DNA of 64,000 nucleotides from Candidatus Limnocylindrales bacterium (GTDB taxonomy: Bacteria; Desulfobacterota; Binatia; UBA1149; CAITLU01). The notes beneath the pieces were generated by a model. That model did not search any database, was not told where the DNA came from, and saw only the letters and a program-made list of their open reading frames with translations. Positions 1 through 8,059 of the stretch are shown piece after piece (within the stretch, counting starts at the first letter, position 1; every line of letters starts with the position of its first letter). The position numbers and the translations under genes are program-made. The stretch covers positions 106,687 through 170,686 of the forward strand of contig DATNBU010000017.1 of the NCBI GenBank assembly GCA_035571835.1, given 5' to 3'.

Positions 1-1896
1 GCGGATCCGCTCGGCGGCTTTGCCGCGATCACCGAACGGCTCCGGTCGGAAGAGCCCCCGCTCGCCACGCGCGACGGCGTCTTTACGACGCCGGACGGAA
101 AGTACGCGGTGCTGTTTCTCGCCACGCGCAGCTCCGCGTTCGACTCGTTCGCGCAAAGGCCGCTGCTCGATGCGATCCGCCGGACGTTCGACGAGCAGCG
201 AGCGCTCCTCGGGCCCGACCTCGTGCTCGAACAGAGCGGCGCCAACCGCTTTTCGATCGACGCGGAGAACAAGATCCGCGGCGACGCATCGCTGATCTCG
301 ACGCTCTCCGGCATCGGCGTCGCCGCGCTGTCGCTGCTGTTCTTCCGTTCGCTGATCTCGCTCGCGATCGTGACGATACCGGGCGTCGCGGGCCTGCTCT
401 TCGCGCTCGCGGCCGGCCTGTTCTTCTTCGGCCGTCTCGACGGCATGACGATCGCGTTCGGCGCTTCGCTGATCGGCGTGACCATCGATTATCCGACGCA
501 CGTGCTGATCCTGTGGAGCCTGTCGAAGTCCGGCGAGACGCCGTGGCAGGTCACGCGCCGGCTTGCCGGATCCCTTTCGATGGCCGCGCTGACGACGATG
601 GCAAGTTTTGCCGGGCTTGCCTGGACGTCGTTCCGCGGCTTCCGCGAGCTCGGCTGGTTCGCGGTGCTCGGCGTCGCCGGTGCGCTCGTGGCATCGCTGC
701 TGCTGCTGCCGGATCTCTTGCCGCGCCGGCGCAGGATCCAGCCGGTTTCCGAAGGGCTCGCGAACGTCCTCGGTCCGTGGCTGGTCCGCCTTCGCGAGCG
801 GCGCATGGTGCTCGCGCTGGCGCCAATCGCGATCGTGATCGTCGCGGCATTCGCGCTGCCGAAGCTCGCATGGAACGACGATCTCTCGCGCATCTCGTCG
901 CCCGATCCGGTGCTCAAGGCAGAGGACGACCGCGTGCGCGAGCGCGTGTCGAACTTCGACCCGGGCCGCTTCGTGATTGCTGCCGGCAACGACGCTGCGG
1001 CGATGCTCGAGCGCAACGAACAGGTCCATGCGCGGCTCGAGAAGCTGGTTCGCGAAGGAAAGCTCGGGGGCATGCGCTCGCTGCACGCGCTGCTGTGGCC
1101 CGAGTCGCTGCAGCGGCGCAATCTCGAGGTGCTGCGCGCAAGTCCCGATCTTCCGCGCCGGCTAGACGCCGCGTTCGTGCACGAAGGGTTCCGGCCGCAG
1201 TCGTTCGCGCCGTTCGCCGAGATGCTCGCGAATCCGCCGCCGCCGCTCGACCTCGCCACGCTTCGCGCGTCGGCGCTCGGACCGCTGGTGAGCTCGCTCG
1301 TGCTCGACCTCGGCGACCGCGTCGCGGCCATCACGTATCTGCGCGGCGTGCGCGACGCCGACGCGGTGCGTGCCGCGCTCGGCGATCTTCCCGACGTGAC
1401 GTTCTTCGAGCAGCGCACGTTCCTCAACGACATCTTCGCGCACTTCCGAAACCAGACGCTGCGCCTCGTCGTCGTCGGCACCGTGCTCGTCTACGTGCTG
1501 CTGCTCGTGCGCTACCGCCACTGGCGGAGCGCCACCGCGGCGTTCCTTCCCGCGCTGCTCGTGCCGGTCGTGCTGCTGTCGGGCTTCGCGCTGGCCGGCG
1601 TCGAGACCAACCTGCTGCACGCGGTCAGCCTGCTGATGGTGATGGGCATGGGAGTCGACTACGGCATCTTCATCGTCGACACCGCGCGCGACGACGAGGC
1701 CGAGGTCGGCGCGACGCTGGTGTCGTGCCTTTTGTGCTGCCTGACGACGATCCTGTCGTTCGGCACGCTCGCGATCTCGAGCCAGCCGCCGCTGCGCGCG
1801 ATCGGCATCACGACCGGTGCCGGCGTTGCGCTGTCGCTGCTGTTCGCTCCGATCTCGCTGCTTCTGCTGAGCGTCAAATCGCGGTCGCAGCGGTAG
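1..1896 (+). CDS. MMPL/RND-superfamily predicted exporter (5' end outside window)
   Basis: Frame 1 is open from nt 1 into ORF 109..1896. Two hydrophobic halves have typical MMPL/SSD transmembrane patterning (e.g. GMTIAFGASLIGVTIDYPTHVLILW and MVMGMGVDYGIFIVD). Exporters of this type are standard in aryl-polyene/xanthomonadin clusters. Confidence 0.8.
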   Translation, partial: ADPLGGFAAITERLRSEEPPLATRDGVFTTPDGKYAVLFLATRSSAFDSFAQRPLLDAIRRTFDEQRALLGPDLVLEQSGANRFSIDAENKIRGDASLISTLSGIGVAALSLLFFRSLISLAIVTIPGVAGLLFALAAGLFFFGRLDGMTIAFGASLIGVTIDYPTHVLILWSLSKSGETPWQVTRRLAGSLSMAALTTMASFAGLAWTSFRGFRELGWFAVLGVAGALVASLLLLPDLLPRRRRIQPVSEGLANVLGPWLVRLRERRMVLALAPIAIVIVAAFALPKLAWNDDLSRISSPDPVLKAEDDRVRERVSNFDPGRFVIAAGNDAAAMLERNEQVHARLEKLVREGKLGGMRSLHALLWPESLQRRNLEVLRASPDLPRRLDAAFVHEGFRPQSFAPFAEMLANPPPPLDLATLRASALGPLVSSLVLDLGDRVAAITYLRGVRDADAVRAALGDLPDVTFFEQRTFLNDIFAHFRNQTLRLVVVGTVLVYVLLLVRYRHWRSATAAFLPALLVPVVLLSGFALAGVETNLLHAVSLLMVMGMGVDYGIFIVDTARDDEAEVGATLVSCLLCCLTTILSFGTLAISSQPPLRAIGITTGAGVALSLLFAPISLLLLSVKSRSQR

Positions 1897-2013
1897 CCAC
1901 TCGGTCTAAATCGACACTCAACTTCCCTTGAGGTAAAGTGTTGTGAAAACATGGCTGCTCTCCTGCGTTGCTGAAGACTCCGTACTGGACGAGTCGGCCG
2001 AGGGGCCGACGAG

Positions 2014-2823
2014 ATGGGCCAGTGGGTCAAGAAAGAATACAGCAACAAACGGATCAACGATGCCGCGGCACAACTTGCGCCTTGGTGGCTTCGTCCAGAC
2101 CGCTCCGCTGCAGACGCAATGGCAGAGGCATACGACGTCGTCGATAACTGGCGGGCTTCACACTCCTTTCCCCTCAACCACTTCCAAGATTCACTGAGGA
2201 AACGGTCACGAAAGGTCGATTCGAATGTCATCGTAGCGCGGCGGCTTAAACGCATGCCGTCCGTGTTAGCAAAGCTCGCTAGGTCTCCCTACCCGGTGAC
2301 AACTATGCAGGATCTAGGCGGCTGTCGCGCGATATTAGGCTCTATGCGTGAGGTTAACGCTGTCCTCGACACATTTATTGGTGAGCCGTCCCTATTTCCG
2401 CTGGAAGGGACTCCGCGTCATTACAATTACATACAGAAACCAAAAGCAGACGGTTATCGAGGTATTCACATCGTTGGCCGCTACAAAGCCAAGTCGCAGC
2501 AAACAAGCTTTTGGAGTGGGTATAGGATTGAGATTCAACTCAGGACCGTCCTGCAGCACGCGTGTTCGACAGCCGTTGAAACAGTCGCGACATTTACTGG
2601 GTTTCCACTCAAATTCGGCAAAGGACCGGATGACTGGAAGCGGTTTTTTGTGCTCGCCTCTTCTGCCTTCGCGATTCTCGAGCGCAGCCCCCTCTGCCCG
2701 GGAGCCCCTGAAGACTCCGAAGAAGATACAGCCTCGACCGCTCCCCTCCCCTTCGTCGTCGGGTCTTTCCCCGCTCGGAGCGCCGCCGAAGCGCCGGACG
2801 TTTACGGTGCCTGGCTCCCTTAA
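2014..2823 (+). CDS. RelA/SpoT-domain nucleotidyltransferase, stand-alone small-alarmone-synthetase-like (toxSAS-like), 269 aa
   Basis: Synthetase-fold motifs are present in canonical order: basic ATP-binding stretch RRLKRMPSVLAKLAR, DLGGCRAIL (the DxxGxR-type G-loop), NYIQKPKADGYRGIHIV, and the diagnostic EIQLRT. No HD hydrolase domain. A GAGGGG RBS-like purine run lies 8-13 nt upstream. The gene sits in the low-GC island. Confidence 0.75.
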   Translation: MGQWVKKEYSNKRINDAAAQLAPWWLRPDRSAADAMAEAYDVVDNWRASHSFPLNHFQDSLRKRSRKVDSNVIVARRLKRMPSVLAKLARSPYPVTTMQDLGGCRAILGSMREVNAVLDTFIGEPSLFPLEGTPRHYNYIQKPKADGYRGIHIVGRYKAKSQQTSFWSGYRIEIQLRTVLQHACSTAVETVATFTGFPLKFGKGPDDWKRFFVLASSAFAILERSPLCPGAPEDSEEDTASTAPLPFVVGSFPARSAAEAPDVYGAWLP

Positions 2824-3099
2824 AAGCTGAGTCATCATGACTCCCACAGTACATGTTCGTGAAGGATCAGATCGTCGCAAACCTTCTGACCCGGAGACTA
2901 CGGCGGCTTGATGACCGGCGGGCGGCCTGCCCCGGAGTCGGATCGTCGTATGGCAATGCGGCCCCCAGGTGCCTTGCCGACGCCCACAACTGGCCCGGCC
3001 AAGGGGCTTCGGGTTTCTCTTAAGTTGGCCACAGCAGTATGGATCTCAGTAGGTGGTTTTTATCGCACAGGGGACGTATTCCAGCTATGAATCCTGTAC

Positions 3100-3140
3100 A
3101 TTACTTGCCAGCAGTGGCCTTGGCATATATAGAGGCGCGT
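3100..3140 (+). promoter_or_regulatory. Putative sigma70-like promoter (TTGCCA-N15-TATATA) with overlapping TGCCA-N10-TGGCA inverted repeat
   Basis: Read directly in the AT-richer spacer between the RelA/SpoT-like gene and the small ORF. Spacer length is suboptimal (15 nt). Confidence 0.2.
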
Positions 3141-3176
3141 TGACTCTCGCCGACTCGGGCGCATAGGGAAACCGCA

Positions 3177-3362
3177 ATGACCTCCAAGACTGTAATCTAC
3201 TCAAGTCCGCGTCTAGCTGAAGCGGTTGGGAAGAAGAGCGCCACTGCGCAGCAGGGATCATTCGAGGTGCAGATTCGTCGGGTCAGGGATGTGCCAAGAT
3301 ACCTGCGGCGACTCCGGGAAATGAAGGACAGCGCGAAGCATAGCGTTCTGCTCTTCCGTTAG
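3177..3362 (+). CDS. Hypothetical small basic protein (61 aa), candidate cognate partner/antitoxin of the adjacent RelA/SpoT-like gene
   Basis: ORF with a GGGAAA RBS-like sequence 6 nt upstream of ATG, preceded by the candidate promoter. Arg/Lys-rich C-terminus (RRVRDVPRYLRRLREMK). No recognisable family. Confidence 0.3.
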   Translation: MTSKTVIYSSPRLAEAVGKKSATAQQGSFEVQIRRVRDVPRYLRRLREMKDSAKHSVLLFR

Positions 3363-3390
3363 CCCCTCACCCTCCGCGTCTCCTCCTCTC

Positions 3391-4986
3391 ATGCCGCAGC
3401 CATCGTCCGCTCCGCGGCTATCCCCTTCCCTCACTTGCCGCGTCCATTCGATGGCGCGTCCTTTTTCAAATTTCGACTACGTCGAATCCCACTATCAGCG
3501 GGAACCCGCCATTCGTCGCATATTCTCGCAAGCACGAATGCATCATGCCCAATCCTTCGCGGTCGAGGACATCGAAGCAGACGGACTGGTCGCTGACGAA
3601 AACGCGGAAATCCATTCGTTCCTGGCGTCCTACCAAATGACAGGCCTGCAGCGTCTCTCGTTCTGGACCGCTCCCAATGACGCTGTAGAGAATGGAAATA
3701 TCAACAGCGAAAATCTTGTCGGATACGCCGTCGTCAAAAAAGACAGAGTTCCGTCACGACAGAGTCTTGCAAATGGATCATGGCATGTTTTCGAGTCGGT
3801 AATTCGGAAATACCCGGATCGACACAATTACATACCAGCCAATCCCAAATTCCCCGTAGTTTTCGGAACCAGACAGTTCCAGCTGCAAGGGGCTCTCTAT
3901 TGCCAACAAAACGGTTTGAACAAATCTTGTGCTCAGGTCGCGATTCGAAGTTTACTAGCCACGATCTCACCTGAACTCGATATTTCGTATTCGCAGTTGA
4001 ACGCGATCGCTCGCAACTATCCGCCGCTGACGCCAAGCGAAGGGCTCAGCGTTCAACAGATTAGTGGAATATTTGATAAGCTAGGAATGAAATATACGGC
4101 AATCGAATACGGTGAAGACGAATCGAGTAGCGGTGGTAGTGACAGTCCAACTGATCGCGCGGCCTTCCCTTACCAGAAGTTTCTTTACGCGGGAGTCGAG
4201 GCTGGCGCCGGAGCGTTGCTTGGATTTCGGCGCGATGCGGCAGAGCCCGCCGAACGTTCTCATATCATCCCATTCTTCGGCCATACATTTAACAGCGATA
4301 CTTGGGTTGTGAATGCAGATTCTGGCTACTTCTCAATCGGCGAGGCAATACGATACATCCCCAGCGATGCTTGGGTGAACAGTTTCATCGGTCATGACGA
4401 TAACTACGGATCTAATTTCTGCGTTCCGCGTTTGTACGTAAAACCACAAAACGTAGGGTACGTGCTCGCACTGCATAAGGCAGGATTTGGAACTAGTGGT
4501 ATTGAGGCCGAAGCAATAGGGAGTGAGTACGTTTATGCGCTACTGGGCGTAGAGACGATTAAGGATTCAACAAATCCTTGGCTCAGAAGGCTAGTCGCTT
4601 TTGCGGACCAACAGCGCGTCGTAATACGTGCAGTACCACTTACTCGAGATGAATATGTGTCACATCTGAATGCTGCTCAGGACTGGGAATGGAATCGAGA
4701 GCACTCCTCTACGCGTGAAGTAATGAGAGCCCATCTACCGGAGCGACTTTGGATGATAGAGGTTTCTCTACCGGAACTCTTCCCAGCAAATCATCGAAAA
4801 CTGGGAAGCATACTATTGAATGGGGACGGAGAGTTCGGGGAAGATCTTGACCTCTCCGAGTTCGTCTTTGCCCAATTTCCTTCGATAATCGTCTTCGCTC
4901 GTGGCTTGAGCGCAGGTGGCACTCCGGAATTCACTTTCTCCGAGAGCAACCTCAAATCACATATCCCGGTTTATCCGGGCGAGTAA
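3391..4986 (+). CDS. Hypothetical protein, 531 aa, no recognisable family (possible papain/C39-like Cys-His core is speculative)
   Basis: Long uninterrupted ORF in the low-GC island with coding-like codon periodicity. Alternative in-frame starts at 3451 (MARPF) and further downstream. No convincing RBS at 3391, so the start is uncertain. Confidence 0.6.
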   Translation: MPQPSSAPRLSPSLTCRVHSMARPFSNFDYVESHYQREPAIRRIFSQARMHHAQSFAVEDIEADGLVADENAEIHSFLASYQMTGLQRLSFWTAPNDAVENGNINSENLVGYAVVKKDRVPSRQSLANGSWHVFESVIRKYPDRHNYIPANPKFPVVFGTRQFQLQGALYCQQNGLNKSCAQVAIRSLLATISPELDISYSQLNAIARNYPPLTPSEGLSVQQISGIFDKLGMKYTAIEYGEDESSSGGSDSPTDRAAFPYQKFLYAGVEAGAGALLGFRRDAAEPAERSHIIPFFGHTFNSDTWVVNADSGYFSIGEAIRYIPSDAWVNSFIGHDDNYGSNFCVPRLYVKPQNVGYVLALHKAGFGTSGIEAEAIGSEYVYALLGVETIKDSTNPWLRRLVAFADQQRVVIRAVPLTRDEYVSHLNAAQDWEWNREHSSTREVMRAHLPERLWMIEVSLPELFPANHRKLGSILLNGDGEFGEDLDLSEFVFAQFPSIIVFARGLSAGGTPEFTFSESNLKSHIPVYPGE

Positions 4987-5017
4987 TCGTTCCGACAGCT
5001 AGGCATCACAACACCGC

Positions 5018-5773
5018 TCATTCCGAATCGCCCTGACGGTCCGCGGGCGCCGCAGGCCGCGGCTGCGCGAACAGCTCGGCGAGCTCCTGCTCGCTGAATC
5101 GGTGCTCGACGTCGGTTTTCCCGAACCGCGTCACGGTGCGGTCGCCGTCCGGCTCGACGGCTTCCATGCGGTCGACGTGCGCGCCGTGGCCGGTCATGTC
5201 GAAGTACGAGATCATGCGCTCGAGCGGCATCGAGCGCGGCGACAGGTGCAGGTGCCACTCGCTTCCGCCGGCCTGCGCATCGCCCGCATCGTGCGGCGTT
5301 TCGCTGTATTCGGCGCGGTAGAGCTCCTTCAGACGCGCCTCGTCGCCGTTGAACAGCACGACGAAGCTGTCGACGATCTGGCGCGCGATCGGGCTCGACG
5401 ACAGATCCAGCGCCTTGCTGCCGGTCGCTTCCTCCATGCGCACCTTGTCGCCGTCGACGACGAGTCGCGACCGCGACGGGCTCACGACGACGCGCACGAA
5501 ACGATGCGGCGGAATGAAGTAAATCGTCCCCGAAGATTCGAGCGGCGCCGACAGCAGCGCAAGCTCCTTCGTTTCGGTGAACTCGGCGACGACGCCGGGC
5601 GACGCGCGCATCGCCGACAGCATCGACGACAGATCGTGGACGGCCGCGGGCTCGGTCGCCGCGGCCGGCTCGGCCAGAGCGAGCGCAGCTGGTTCAATGC
5701 CGGCAAGGAATGCCGAGCCGCTGAAACCGAGTGCCGCGATCACGCCGCGAGCCGCCGCCGATAGCGCCGCCAT
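5018..5773 (-). CDS. LolA-like outer-membrane lipoprotein carrier family protein (aryl-polyene cluster type)
   Basis: ORF 5018..5938 trimmed to internal Met (MAALSAAARGVIAALGFSG signal-like N-terminus). Size (~250 aa) and position next to thioesterase/exporter match LolA-like proteins of APE clusters. Confidence 0.65.
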   Translation of the reverse strand: MAALSAAARGVIAALGFSGSAFLAGIEPAALALAEPAAATEPAAVHDLSSMLSAMRASPGVVAEFTETKELALLSAPLESSGTIYFIPPHRFVRVVVSPSRSRLVVDGDKVRMEEATGSKALDLSSSPIARQIVDSFVVLFNGDEARLKELYRAEYSETPHDAGDAQAGGSEWHLHLSPRSMPLERMISYFDMTGHGAHVDRMEAVEPDGDRTVTRFGKTDVEHRFSEQELAELFAQPRPAAPADRQGDSE

Positions 5774-5813
5774 TCGCGAAACCCAGGCCAGCCGTCGAAG
5801 CTCGAGCTGTTGC

Positions 5814-6224
5814 TCAGCCACCGATGCGCTCGACAATGCCGGGCGGCGTCTCCAGCAGCAGCCGTCCTTCGAGATCGGTGGTCGCAAGGATCGTGTGGCC
5901 GCGCGCCGCGCGCCGCCCCGTCGCGATGTTGGTGACATCGTAGAGGATCCGGATGCGATGGCGGAGGTCGCCGAACCACGCGGAGACGCGCACGTTGTCG
6001 CCGTAGCGAAGCGCGGACGTGTAGCGGCAGTGGCTCTCGACGATCACGAACCGGTAGCGCGGCCCGATGATGTCTCCGGAGTCGAGGCCGACGCTGCGCA
6101 GCAGTCGCGTGCGCGCGATCTCGAGGTACTTGTAATAGTGTCCGTGCCAGACGATGCCGAGCCCGTCGATGTCGTGAAACGGAACCTCGAGCTCGATCGA
6201 CGTCTCGCGCAGCTTGTCGGTCAT
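5814..6224 (-). CDS. 4-hydroxybenzoyl-CoA thioesterase-family (4HBT/YbgC-like hotdog) acyl thioesterase
   Basis: Hotdog-thioesterase pattern in MTDKLRETSIELEVPFHDIDGLGIVWHGHYYKYLEIART. The listed ORF (TTG at 6323) is trimmed to the internal ATG. Confidence 0.75.
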   Translation of the reverse strand: MTDKLRETSIELEVPFHDIDGLGIVWHGHYYKYLEIARTRLLRSVGLDSGDIIGPRYRFVIVESHCRYTSALRYGDNVRVSAWFGDLRHRIRILYDVTNIATGRRAARGHTILATTDLEGRLLLETPPGIVERIGG

Positions 6225-6246
6225 TCCGGTGTCTTTGCCGGTGTGT

Positions 6247-7827
6247 TCACGCAGGTCCGGGCTCGGGCAGCTCGAGATCGATCGGCAGACCGTCGCTGCG
6301 CAGCAGCTCGAGCACGGCCGCAATGTCGCCGTCCTGCCGGCGATCCTGCTCGAGTGGCGGCACGCGGCGCCGAACCGCGTCGTGCAGCGTCGCTACGGCT
6401 TCAGGGACCGAGCCGCCGCTTCGCATGCGGAGGTCGACGGCCTGGCACGCGGCCAGCAGCGTAATCGTTGCGACCGTTTCGGCGAGCTCGACCACGCGAC
6501 GGGCTTCGCGCGATGCGAGCGTACCCATGCTGACCTTGTCCTGGTTGTGCGACTCGGTGCTGCGGCTGAAGACCGCAGCGGGAAGACTCGTCTTGGCCGC
6601 TTCGGCCGCGAGCGCCGACGCCGTGATCTGCATGGCCTTGAACCCGTGATGCGACACGCGCGGCGATGCGACCAGATTGGCCGGAAGACCGCCGCTGGTC
6701 TCCGGCAGGCACAGCAGCACGAGCTGGCGGTCGAGGAGGTCGGCCGCCGAAGCCATCGCGCCCTTGAGCGCATCGAGCGCGAAGACGACGTGCCCGCCGT
6801 AGAAATTTCCGCCGTGCAGCACGCGGCCGGATTCGGGATCGATGACCGGATTGTCGTTGACGCCGGCGATCTCGATGTCGAGCACTCGCCTCGCGAGCGC
6901 GCATGCATCGACGAGCACGCCGAGCACGTGCGGAGCGCAGCGCACCGAATAGCGGTCCTGCAGGCGAAGCGGCTCCGGGCTGGGGCCGCCGGCGAGGAAC
7001 GCGCGGATCCAGCTTCCGACTTCGACCGTACCGGCATGCGGCTTGAGGCCGAGAACCGCGTCGTCGAAGTGCTCGGCGTTGCCGAGCGTGGCCGCGCTCG
7101 TCATCGCGGTGATCGCCGCCGCGAGCTTCGCGAGCCGCTCGGCGCGCACCAGCACGAGGCTCGCGATGCCGGCCATCACGCTGGTGCCGTTCATCAGCGC
7201 GAGGCTTTCCTTGGGAGCCAGCACGAGCGGTGCAATTCCGGCCGCGGCGAGCGCATCGCGCGCGGGCACCGTCTGACCGCTGACGACGGCTTCGCCTTCG
7301 CCCGCCAGCAGCCCGGCGACATACGCGAGCGGAGTCAGGTCACCGCTCGCGCCGACCGAGCCTTCTTCGGGAATTCGCGGCAGCACGCCGCGCGCGACCA
7401 GAAGCGCCAGATGCTCGAGCACCACCGGGCGGACCGCCGAGTAGCCGCGGGCAAGCGACGCGAGACGCACCGCAATGACCGCCGAGGCTTCGGTGGGGTC
7501 GAGGATTCGTCCGGTTCCGCAGCCGTGAAAGCGGAACAGGTTGCGGGCGAGATCGGCCTGCAGGTGCTCGGGGACATCGTTTTCGACCGATGCGCCGACG
7601 CCGGTGGAAACCCCGTAGACGGGTTCCCCGGCCGACAGGCATCGCTCGAGCACGGTGCGCCCGGCTTCGAGGCGGGCAAGGAATGCGGGGTCGGCGCTGA
7701 TCGCCGGCTCGGCCAGACCGAACGCGATCGAGACGACCTCGTCGACGCCGACCAGGTCCGACCCGAAGACGACGCGTGCTGCAGCCGGCACACCCGCCGC
7801 GGCTGCCTCGCTGGTACGGGCCGTCAT
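6247..7827 (-). CDS. Aromatic amino acid ammonia-lyase (HAL/TAL/PAL family) with MIO-forming Ala-Ser-Gly triad
   Basis: GSVGASGDLTPLAYVAG contains the ASG MIO precursor. Also MNGTSVMAG and NDNPVID motifs. Start trimmed to MTARTSEAAAAG (527 aa), a typical HAL/TAL size. Confidence 0.85.
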   Translation of the reverse strand: MTARTSEAAAAGVPAAARVVFGSDLVGVDEVVSIAFGLAEPAISADPAFLARLEAGRTVLERCLSAGEPVYGVSTGVGASVENDVPEHLQADLARNLFRFHGCGTGRILDPTEASAVIAVRLASLARGYSAVRPVVLEHLALLVARGVLPRIPEEGSVGASGDLTPLAYVAGLLAGEGEAVVSGQTVPARDALAAAGIAPLVLAPKESLALMNGTSVMAGIASLVLVRAERLAKLAAAITAMTSAATLGNAEHFDDAVLGLKPHAGTVEVGSWIRAFLAGGPSPEPLRLQDRYSVRCAPHVLGVLVDACALARRVLDIEIAGVNDNPVIDPESGRVLHGGNFYGGHVVFALDALKGAMASAADLLDRQLVLLCLPETSGGLPANLVASPRVSHHGFKAMQITASALAAEAAKTSLPAAVFSRSTESHNQDKVSMGTLASREARRVVELAETVATITLLAACQAVDLRMRSGGSVPEAVATLHDAVRRRVPPLEQDRRQDGDIAAVLELLRSDGLPIDLELPEPGPA

Positions 7828-8059
7828 CGTGCGACGTATAGGGCGGATACCGGCCCGAATCGAGCCGTCCGGGCCCGTCCGGGATGCGGCGCCACGAACG
7901 GCCGACGGCGGGCCGCAACTGATCGATTCGCGCGGTGCTGCAGGCCACAAACGCGCCGCAGGCCGTCGCGATCGGCCTTCGTTTTCCGCAGGAGATGAGG
8001 TATCGAAGCGGGTGGCAACGTCGCCAGGCGTCGACTGGTTCGAGGTGGAAACGAAAAGC

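Larger units (their letters stand above)
1897..5017. other. Compositionally distinct (~50-55% GC vs ~70% flanks) inserted segment between convergent exporter and LolA-like genes
   Basis: Abrupt GC drop starts immediately after the exporter stop (1896) and ends at the LolA-like stop (5018). Codon usage of the enclosed ORFs is AT-richer at third positions. No integrase, transposase or flanking tRNA was seen. Confidence 0.6.

Noticed and set aside
513-1931. 472-aa ORF in another frame overlapping the exporter, and many similar Arg/Ala/Pro-rich ORFs throughout (e.g. 6214..7998, 9950..12340, 12157..13317, 14543..16387, 25582..27600, 28796..30970, 35963..37522)
   Set aside because: Low-complexity Arg/Ala/Gly/Pro composition typical of off-frame translation of 70%-GC coding DNA. 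Each overlaps a gene with clear family motifs in a different frame.
2392-2880. 162-aa minus-strand ORF antisense to the RelA/SpoT-like gene
   Set aside because: No RBS or motifs. It overlaps a gene with strong family signatures and is most likely a chance ORF.
1897-5017. Island as a classical integrative mobile element
   Set aside because: No integrase, transposase, tRNA target or obvious direct-repeat borders were seen, so it is reported only as a compositional insertion, not as a mobile element.
7655-8059. Long N-terminal extension of the PlsC-like ORF back into the ammonia-lyase gene
   Set aside because: The extension overlaps the minus-strand lyase CDS by ~170 nt and is Arg/Ala-rich. 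The gene was trimmed to the first Met after the divergent junction.
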